The notes under the pieces were generated by a model. The model searched no databases. It saw only the letters and a program-made list of their open reading frames with translations, and had not been told where the DNA came from. Both the position numbers and the translations under genes were made by a program. From Octopus vulgaris (Eukaryota), in assembly GCA_951406725.2 (NCBI GenBank), contig OX597830.1:56606001-56670000 (forward strand): 64,000 bases of DNA, written 5' to 3'. Positions 54,027 through 64,000 of the stretch are shown piece after piece. The first letter of the stretch is position 1. Each line of letters begins with the position of its first letter.

Positions 54027-55906
54027 GTAAGTCCTGGCTTTTATGTTACTGATTCAGTGTACATGTAGGAAAAACATGTAAGATATCTCTTATTAGAAAT
54101 TCTTCAGACAGAAAACCAAATTATATCATTTGATTCTCTGTCTTGTTTTACCTACATGTACAATTTTGTGACTCCTATTAGCAAATGAAACATATGTAAT
54201 AGTGAACAAGTAATATCAACATTTTTATCTCAATCTCCTGTTTTGACACACACGCACACGCTCACACACACACACACGCGCGTATATCTTGCGTTACCGT
54301 TTGGTTCTGTTCAAGCAATTCGTAATGGATAATCCCTTCCCAAATGTCAACACACATGCATGCATACACGAAGCATTATAGAGAAGAGTCTTACCTCTTC
54401 TCCTCTATCTTATATGTGGTATATATGTGTGTGTATATACACATCTATTTATACATATTATACAAGGTTAGCAATAATGTTTGCAATATTTGGTTTTAGT
54501 AACAAAAATTACTAACAAAATTTATGTTACAATATGCTGCAGTAATTTGCTGTTTGTATATAGAATTTGATATAAAAACAATTTATTTTCTGTATGCTGT
54601 ATGCTAGTGATAATTAAGTCATTAATCTGGATGCATAATTTCAGTGGCTCAAATTGCCAAATTGTATTATTATAAAACACTGTGAAAATGACTCAGCTTT
54701 GCACAGAAAGTAGATTATTAGTATGCTTCCCACTCCTCCATTTAACCTTTTTGATGCCAACCTTCCTGAGACTGACCCTGGTTCTATGATTGATATAAAC
54801 TTCCTGTTTTAACCCTTTAGCATTTAAACCAGCCGTAATTGGCCCAAGTATTCAGCCTCTTTTGTGTTCAAACTGGACAGATATCTAGTTTTGCATTCCT
54901 ATCCTAAAACTTCATTCTAAAAATAAACTACCACATCATCAAAATCTTGAAGCTGTGAGGTAATGCATTATCAATTCATAACAATCATCATCATCATCAT
55001 CATTTAACGTTCGTTTTCCATGCTAGCATGGGTTGGACGGTTCGACCGGGGTCTGGTAAGCCATGGAGGTTGCACCAGGCTCTGGTCTGATTTGGCAGTG
55101 TTTCTACAGCTTCCTAACGCCAACCACTCTGTGAGTGTAGTGGGTGTTTTTTACGTGCCACCGGCACAGGGGCCAGAGCAGGCTGGCAAATGGCCACGAT
55201 TGGTTGGTGCTTTTACGTGTCACCGACACGGACGCCAGTCAGGCGGCGCTGGCATCGGCCATGTTCAGACGGTGCTTTTTACGTGTCACCGGCACGGGTG
55301 TCTTAACTACAATTTCCATTTGATTTTTATCTGGCATCTGCCACATTCGGACGGTGTTTTTTCATGGCACCAGCACAGAATAAATAAGCATTACATTTGA
55401 CAGAGTAATTTGAACTCTAAATGATGTAAATTAAAACCTTCTGCCAAAATTTCAAAATTTCATGTTAATTTATGTTTGAGACACCAGCTTTAATAATTCT
55501 TTGCACTATGGGCACAAAACCTGAAATTTTTTGGCAGTGGTGGTGGTGGTGATGGTGGTGAGTGGCTAGTTGATTACATTGTCCCTAGTACTTCACTGGC
55601 ATTTATTTTATCAACTGCAAAAGGGTGAAAGGTTAAGTTGATCTCAGCAGGATTTGAACTCAGAATGTGAAGCTGGAAGCAATGCTGCGAAACATTTCAT
55701 CCCATGTGTTTATGATTCTGCCATCTTGTCACCTTAACACCAGCTTTAATAATGATCAAATTATTTTACCAAATTCTTAATTATTTTCAAAATTTAATGA
55801 AGCGAAGATAGTTTAGTGTATAAGAAGTTACATGTTTGGTTTAGAAACCTCGTAATATTGTACATTATTTACATTTGATGAATATTTGTCCTCATCTTGT
55901 TTGTTA

Positions 55907-55950
55907 ACACGATGTTTTGGCTGATATACCCTCCAGCCTTCTTCAGGTGT
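55907..55950 (-). ncRNA. Hammerhead relic, core G12 mutated
   Basis: ACAC-CUGAAGA-A-GGCUG..CAGCC-AAAA-CA-UC-GUGU; changes fit CpG decay of CGAAACG. Confidence 0.55.
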
Positions 55951-57374
55951 CCAAGGGAAATTTTGAACCTGGATTCTCATTCCTAAGGTATTTTTCAGCA
56001 AGCCAGTTACATCAACCTCAGTGCTGGTACTTATTTTATCCATACTGAGCTGATACAAAATTGACCTTGGCAGAATTTTAACTCAGAGCGTAGAGATGAA
56101 CAAAATGCCACAAAACATTTTGCTGGTGTGCTAATGATTCTGACAGTTCACCATCTTACAAACCTTGTAATATCAACAAATTGAAGCAAACATTAACCAT
56201 TTTGCTACCATGTATCTGTTGAAATACACTGTTTTTCTTTCTAATAATATTTAAAATCATGAAAAACTTTAGTAAAACACTTTTGTTTTTATTAAGCTGG
56301 TGTTTGGTATATGAAACAACATGAAGTATTGATGGAAGGTTTTTAATTTAGACAACCTTAACCCTTCTGTTATCATATTTCTGTTGAAATACACTGCTTT
56401 TATTTTATTTCATCATCATCATCATCATCAGCATCATCATCGTCATCATCTAATATCCATTGTTCATGCTGGCATGGGTTGGATGGTTTGACCAGGGTTG
56501 GTAAGCTGAGGGGCTGCACCAGACTCCAGTCTGATATGGCATGGTTTCTATGTCTGGATGCCCTTCCTGACATCAACCACTCCAAGAGCGTAATGAGTGC
56601 TTTTATGTGTCACCAGCATGGGTGCCGGTTGTGTGACACCAGTATGATTTTTAAAATTCTGAAGACTTTATTAAAATAACCTTGTCTTAGTAAGCTGGTA
56701 TTTGGGACATAAATTATCATGTAATTTTAAGTGAAAGTTTTTAATTTAGATCACATTAAAATCATGACTTTGTAAAATAGAAACGGAGGTGGTCTCAGGT
56801 TGGCTTGCTTTATCAAAGGGTTAACATAACAGTTTGAAACTTAGTTTGGAAGGGCTGGATAAATTATCTCTCAATGTGTATTTAGTGTGCAGGAAAAAGT
56901 AGGGGTAATTTTGAACACATTCTATAAATAGTTGGTAATTCCACATTGGCATGTCTACTACTAACTCAGTATAAATTCCCACACAACAGAAGTACGCACG
57001 CACAATATATGTGTGTGTGTGTGTTTGTGTATGGGCATGGCTATATGATTAATTCACTTCCCAATGACATGGTTTCAGGTTCAGTTCCACTGTGTGGCAC
57101 CTTAGGCAAATGTCTTCTATTATAGCCCCAAGCCGACCAAAGTTTTGTGAATGGATTTGTTTGATGGAAACGGAAAAATGCCTCCTGTGTATGTAGCTAT
57201 GTGGTAAGAAGCTTGCTTCCCAGCCACCATGGTTTGAGGTTCAGTTCCACTGCGTGGTACCTTGGGCAAGTGTCTTCTACTATAACCTCAGGTGACTAAT
57301 GCCTTGTGAGTGGATTTGGAAGACAGAAACTGAAAGAACCCTGTCGTATGTGTGTATATATATATATATACACA

Positions 57375-57963
57375 TATCATCATCATCATCGTTTAACGTC
57401 TGCTTTCCATGCTAGCATGGGTTGGACGATTTGACTGAGGACTGGCGAACCAGATGGCTGCGCCAGGCTCCAATCAGATCTGGCAGAGTTTCTACTGCTG
57501 GATGCCCATCCTAACGCCAACCACTCTGAGAGTGTAGTGGGTGCTTTTAAAGTGCCACCGCCACAAGGGACAGTCAGGTGGTACTGGCAATGGCCACGCT
57601 TGAAAATGGTGTTTTTTATGTGCCTCCTGCACAGGAGTCAGTCCAGCAGCACTGGCAACGACCTCGCTCAAATGTTTTGTTCACATGCCACCACCACAAG
57701 TGCCAGTGAGGCGACGCTGACAACGATCACGCTCAAATGGTGCTCTTTACGTGCCAGACAGCTGCTCTGGCAGTGATCCTGCTTGGATGGAGCTGTTAAC
57801 ACTCCACTGGCATGGGTGCCAGTCATCGAATTTGGCTCAATTTCGATTTCACTTGCCCCAACAGGTCTTCTCAAGCAGAGTTTAGTGTCCAGTGAAGGGA
57901 GGTTGGCATGGGTGCCAGCCTCCCTTCACTGGCTGGACACTAAACTCTGCTTGCGAAGACCTG
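57375..57963 (-). mobile_element. (GAT)n-tailed retroposon subfamily ending in a foldback inversion
   Basis: Conserved 3' block at ~57390-57545; inverted arms at 57862-57908 and 57913-57963. Confidence 0.78.
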
Positions 57964-58321
57964 ATATATATACATATGTGTGTTTGGGTTTGGGTTTGTC
58001 TCCCACCCCCCACTACCGCTTGACAACTTAAGCTAGAGTGTAAGTGTTGCTGTAACTTAGTGGTTCTACAAATGAGACCAATAGAATAAGTGTCATGCTT
58101 TAAAAAAAATAAGTTCTGGAATTTAAACATTTGATTAAAATTCCTCAAGGTGGTGCCCCAGCATGGCCGCAGTCTAATGACTGAAACAAATAAAAGATAA
58201 AAGGATAGTAATAGTCACACACACACGCACACACACATACACATTCTCTGTCCCTCCCCTCTCTCCGTCTCAACCCCCTCTCTCAATCACGCTAACTTGT
58301 ATTTTCTATTTTATTTTCCAG

Positions 58322-58380
58322 GATTCTTATAACCATGTGTTTGTTGAAAAGATCAAGTTTATGTATTTTGAAAAAGGCTG
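58322..58380 (+). CDS. ATP13A3: P5B-type ATPase exon 4 (DSYNHVFVEKIKFMYFEKG-C)
   Basis: ttttccag| acceptor, |gtgagt donor, phase 0 in and phase 2 out; continues VLLK-D as in P5B ATPases. Confidence 0.88.
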
Positions 58381-58952
58381 GTGAGTTTTGATTCTCTTGC
58401 TGACATTTTGAATTTATCATCATCATCATCATCGTTTAACGTCCGCTTTCCATGCTAGCATGGGTTGGACGGTTCAACTGGGGTCTGGGAAGCCCAAAGG
58501 CTGCACCAGGCCCAGTCTGATCTGGCAGTGTTTCTACAGCTGGATGCCCTTCCTAACACCAACCACTCCGTGAGTGTAGTGGGTGCTTTTTATGTGCCAC
58601 CGACACAGGTGCCAGACGAGGCTGGCGAACAGCCACGCTCAGATGGTGTTTTTTACGTGCCACCGGCACGGAGGCCAGGCGAGGCTGAATATATATACAT
58701 ATATATATAATTATAATGATAAGGGTTTTTTGCAACAAGTTGCTTAAACCACATACCGAAAATTTTAGAAATAGCAGCCAAAAGACTACTATTTCCTTTT
58801 ACTACAAAAATAAGTCTCTACAGACAACAATATTTGTAACTCACATATGGCAAAAAAAGAAGAAAAATATGGTCCTTTTCCATACCGAAATACTACTAGG
58901 TGAAATTTGTTGATTTTATTAAATTAATTATATTTCACCCTATATCTGTAAT

Positions 58953-59005
<53 letters not shown>

Positions 59006-59535
59006 ATATGTGGGAGCTTCTGATTGTCCTTTCCACCTGCTAGAATTAGCACCCATTCTCCCTCAAATTACATTTTCCTATCTTAACAACAACAACAACA
59101 AAAAAACGGGTATTGTATTGGATATTGCAGTCCTAGATAGACCATGCCAGAAACTATGATACAATGAGGGAGCTTCTATGTGTTCATTCATATTGCTAGA
59201 AATAGCAGCTAAATATCCCTCAAATTACATTGTTTTCTCTTTCAAAAGAAATATCCCCCCCCCCCCAAAAAAAACAAAGGTTACATCCAATATTCCAAAC
59301 GCCTGAAAAAGAAAAGGGTGACTAAGGTTTTGAATATAAATGATATTAGACATTATAATCATCTGTAGATACAGGCAGAGCTGTGTGGCTAAGAAGTTTG
59401 CTTGCTTCCCAACCACATGGGTTTTGGTTCAGGTTGACCAAAGTCTTGTGAATGGATTTCATTAACAGAAACTGAAATAAGCCTATCATATATATATATG
59501 TATATATCATCATCATCATCGTACAACGTCTGCCC

Positions 59536-59608
<73 letters not shown>

Positions 59609-59708
59609 GTGAACAGCAGGTGGATCGATGGAATTTGAACCTTATATTTATGACTTGCCAGAGTGTTTTGTTATCTCCTGTAGCTGTTATTGTCTGTTGT
59701 TATTTCAG

Positions 59709-59793
59709 CTGTGTGGACTTGTACCACGGGGACCCAATTTACCCTGAAAACATCACAGAAACGGATGAAGTGGCCGCATTAGTTAACCAACAG
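59709..59793 (+). CDS. ATP13A3: P5B-type ATPase exon 5 (CVDLYHGDPIYPENITETDEVAALVNQQ)
   Basis: tttcag| acceptor, CAG|gtaaaa donor, phase 2 in matches exon 4, open frame. Confidence 0.75.
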
Positions 59794-60547
59794 GTAAAAC
59801 AGTCCTCTTTTAATGTGTTTGTAGTGTTGTGAAGGAGACCGAGACTGCAGAATTGGATATTGCAATCCGAGGTAGACAGTGCCAGAAAAATATCTATGAT
59901 ATATGAGGCAGCCTGTATGTGTTTACCCAACCTGTTAGAAATAGCACCGAATATCCCTCAAATCACATTTGCATATCTTAACCCTTTAACATTTAAACTG
60001 ACCATATCAGGCCCAAATATCCTTCGTGTTTTATGTTTGAACTGGCCAGATCTGGCCTCTCTTACCAAGCCTACAATATTTTTTCTTGAAATAAACAATC
60101 ACATCACTGAAATCTCAAAGCTATAAGATAAATGCATAATTAATTCAAAACAATGTGAATAAGTAAGCATTACATTTGACAGAGTAATCTGAATGCTAAA
60201 AAAGGAAGGTTATACTATTGGATATTGCAATCTTAGGTAGACCATGCTAGAAAAATATATATGATATATGAGGGAGCTACTATGTGCTCACTTAACCTAC
60301 TAGAAATAGCACCTAATCACCCTCAAATTACATTGTGATATCTTAAAAGAAGGAATAAAATTCTATTGGATATTGCAATCGCAGGTTAACCATACCTGAA
60401 AAAAATGTGATATAAATGGGAGCTTCTAAGGGTTCACTACCCTTGTTGGAAATAGTAGTTAAATACCCCCCTAATTAAGTATCTCTCTGAAAAAAAAAAA
60501 ATGTAAAGGATACATTCAATGGAACTTAGTCAAAACTGGTCTATTCA

Positions 60548-61150
60548 TAGGGAGTTGGCTGGCTAAGTGAAGGAACCACTGGTTATTAGGGGTTGGCTTT
60601 TCAAGTTGTTGATAGGGTCTTGGTTTGTTAAGTGGAGGCGGTCACTGGTTGTTAGGGGCTCGGTTTATCAATTGAGGGGTCAGTTATTGATAGGGTTTTG
60701 GTTTGTTAAGTGAAAGTGGTCACTGGTTGTTAGGGGGTTGGTTTATCAATTGAGGAGTGAGCTGTTGATAGGGAGTTGGTTTATTTAGTGGCAGGTAGTC
60801 ATTGGTTGTTTGGGGGTTGGTTTTTCAAGTGAGGGGGTTAGGAGTTGATAGGGTCTTAGTTTAAGTGAGGGTTATCACTAGCTGAAAGAAGGGTTGTTTG
60901 TTAGGTGAAGAGTCTTAACTTTGCCAGGTGGTGCTGGGGTGTTAGTGGTTTGTAGGGGGTTAGTTTATCAATTAAAGAGCGAGTCATTAAAAGGATTTTA
61001 GTTTGCCTAATGGGGCGAGAGAACTGTTTGTTAAGGATTGATTTATCAAGTAAGGGATCACTGGTTGACAGGGTTTTAAGTTTATCAAGTGGTGGTGATG
61101 GTGGGGCCTGCTGGTTGATAAGGTTTTAATTTATCACATGGGGTTGGGAT
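60548..61150. repeat. Degenerate G/T-rich minisatellite, ~40-bp units
   Basis: Recurrent GATAGGG..TTGGTTT..TAAGTG and GGTTGTTAGGGG..GGTTTATCAA. Confidence 0.75.
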
Positions 61151-61754
61151 ATGTTATTGGCTGATACCATAAAGTAGGAAGACTTACTGCTGTATGGTGA
61201 GTTATGGCTGGTAGAATTGGAAGAGCAAAAACTGGGCAAAATGCTCTGTGTTACTGAATTATAGACTTTCAGGTATTAAATGACATTCCTCTAATGTAAT
61301 TAATTATAGTCTTTCAAGTGTTTATTTGCGCTATCCATCCTTTCTGGGCTTGATAAAATAATGTATCAGTCAAATATCTGGGTTAGTTTAATTATCTATG
61401 GCTTTCCTTCCTTGAAAATCCGTGTTCTTGTGACTGACTTACAAATTGCTGATTTTTAAATGCAGTTTTCTGTTACAGGCTTGAAACAATCCCATAAAAT
61501 ATGAAGGAATTATTGTAATTTAGTGATGTCATTTATTTGACCCAATTAGTCAAGCTAATGAGGAAGCCTCCATATGATCTCTTGACTGACTAAAAATAGC
61601 AGCTAAATCTACTAAGAGGGAAAAGAAGGTTATCTTGGATAATGTAGTCCTAGATAAATTGTCTTAGCGAAAAGACAGGATGGTCTGAATTGGAACATAT
61701 TTGAACATAGGTCTGCTGGATCAGGACCGACCTGGGGATAAAGGGCAACAACTT

Positions 61755-62285
61755 GAGTCCCAAATTCTATTCTAATGTCAGTACTAAAACAGTGGACTGT
61801 GTTCACCCAGGAACTTACTTGTGTCTCATCCTTACCATGCAGTTTCAGATCACCCAGGAAGAGGAGGTGGTTGATTGCTTGTGATTTTTCCTTTAGTTGG
61901 TACCCTAGGTTCATTTTCTTAAGTACCAAGGTCAGGGGTATCATGGAGAGAACAAAAAGCAACGGAGATAGGCTATCACCCTGGAAAATCCCGCTTCTGA
62001 TACCCAGGGTGCCCAAGCTTTTTCTATAAGATGTCAGTTCAGTTTTCCATCCCACCACACTTCTCTTTAGGAAACATGTTACATTCTTCACAATTCCAAA
62101 CAGATCTAAGCACTTGATGATCCACGAATGTGGAATCATATCCTAAGCTTTGTGATAGTCAATCCAGGCCATTCCCAGATTTGTACTCCTTCGTTTACAA
62201 TCTTGCATTACCGTTTTGTCTATCAAAAGTTGATCATTGGTACCTCTGTGTATCCTTCTACAGCCTTTTTTGTTCCATTGGTAAT
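61755..62285 (-). mobile_element. R4/Dong-like RT fragment
   Basis: MIPHSWI, GIFQGDSLSPLLF, INHLLFLGDLKL. Confidence 0.85.
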
Positions 62286-62589
62286 TATGCCTGAATAAAA
62301 TGAAAAAGGATGTTCATGTCTGGAATACCTTTAATCAGGGCTGACCCAGTTGCTTCATCCCAAAATATGACTTTATAAATCAATCCCACATCATGTTTCA
62401 CAATTCATTCTCATTGCTTAATCATTCAATTTGCAGGTGACAGAAATGTATTAGATAGGTTCATTAAAAATAGTTTCTCGTTTGCATGTTATTGTCTTAA
62501 TTTCAAGGAATGGCAGTAATTAGTACAATTAATTGCATACATAAATTCATTTAATTGATGGCACCATGTCATCCTTTCCTTTCCCTCAG

Positions 62590-63060
62590 GTCACTCCTTC
62601 ATTGACATCTCTCCCTTGCCATTAATATCCCGACTCTCCGTCTCAGTGCTGTCTCACTCCCTCCTTTCACTTTTGTATATTTTTAGTCACCATTCCTTTC
62701 ACTCTCTGAATGTTTTCATAACTACCCATCAGTTTCTTTCTCTCTGTTTGTCTCTCTGTCTTTCTCCTTTGTTTTGTCTCTGTTTTTCTCAACCAGCAAA
62801 CATGAAGCTTCCATTCATCTCCCTCCCTCGCTCCCTCCCCATCTCATTCTCTCCCTCCCTCTCTCTTTCCTCTTCCCTTCTCTCTCCTCTCTCTCCCTCA
62901 CATTCCTCCTCCCTACCACCCATCTCTCACCAGAAAACTTGTTGCTTTCATCCTCTCTCCTCCTTCACACTCATGCTTCTTTTTCCATCTCACCCTAATT
63001 CATGATATGACCCCACCCTCTTCCATAACATAATTATCCCACTCATTCTGTTTCCCCACT
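62590..63060. repeat. Pyrimidine-rich low-complexity tract
   Basis: Strongly C/T-skewed + strand. Confidence 0.7.
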
Positions 63061-63814
63061 TTATGCTCATGCATTTGTCTTCATCTAATCCTAATTGCAC
63101 TCACTTTCTTTTCAGTGCACTATATTGGTCACATAGTTTTGAGTTGTGAGGACTTTTTTGCTTTGCAAGGTACAAAGTCACCTCACTAGTGCTGGTGCTA
63201 TGATAAAATGCACCCAAAGCACTCTGTAAAGTAGCTGCAGAATGACCAGAGGAAGATAGGGTTGTGAGGGCTTTTTTTAGTCTTGTGAAGGACCTGACAA
63301 CCTCACTGGTACTGTATGTAGATGATGATGATAGTTTCAAATTTTGGCACAAGGCCAGCAATTTTAGCAGGTGGAAGATTAATTGTTTACATCACTTAAT
63401 TAGCACTTTATTTTATTGACACCGAAAGGATCAATGACAAAGTTAATATCGGTGGGATTTGAACTTAGAACATAGAAGACCAACATGCTAATGATTATAC
63501 CAAGTTGATAATGGTTTCCAATTTTGGCACAAGGCCAGCAATTTTGGAGGAAGGGGCTTGGTCAATTTCATTGACTTCACTGCTTATTTTATCATCTCTG
63601 AAAGGATGAAAAGAAAGTTGACCTTGGCGGGATTTGAACTCAGAACATAAATCATCAGAGGAAGTGTTACTAAGCATTTTGTCCAATAATTATAACACTT
63701 AGGAGTAACATGAGGGAAATTTGGCTGCTATTTCTGATAGAACCCATCAATAGCTTGCGATGATTATATATGTTTGTCTGTCTTTAATGTATGTATGTAT
63801 ATATTTAATGTATC

Positions 63815-63847
<33 letters not shown>

Positions 63848-63862
63848 ATGTATGTATGTATG

Positions 63863-63907
<45 letters not shown>

Positions 63908-64000
63908 TTTACAAGATAAGGGCAAAAGAAAAATTCTAATGCCAAATATACCGAAACAAAAATTGTCAATAACCATTATAATTTATGTGTCTCGAAACAA

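Noticed and set aside
61470-62600. Candidate sixth ATPase exon at the acceptors near 61478, 62436 and 62589
   Set aside because: Phase-0 reading hits early stops or shows no P5 similarity.

Overview
AT-rich, microsatellite- and transposon-dense eukaryotic genomic DNA; the SINE families and repeat load point to an octopus (inference). One host gene is supported: the 5' part of a P5B-type ATPase (ATP13A2/A3-like) on the + strand, with five phase-consistent coding exons (26315-26330, 47230-47312, 53859-54026, 58322-58380, 59709-59793); it continues beyond the window. The rest is mobile DNA: CR1-type LINEs, R4/Dong-, RTE-, Hero- and Penelope-like fragments, Tc1/mariner relics, hAT, piggyBac-like and other MITEs, a Helitron-like element and several SINE families. 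The most interesting signals are RNA-structural. A Hero retrotransposon 3' UTR (47673-47785, minus) holds all hammerhead core motifs in a non-circularly permuted, pseudoknotted order. At least seven further type I hammerhead motifs occur, and those with a complete core inside the host gene are all antisense to it. Other notable items: two out-of-frame ATGs matched by two splice acceptors 4 nt apart, headless tandem SINE arrays sharing one junction, and a ~47-bp foldback hairpin near exon 4. All calls were read by eye; no searches or folding programs were run.
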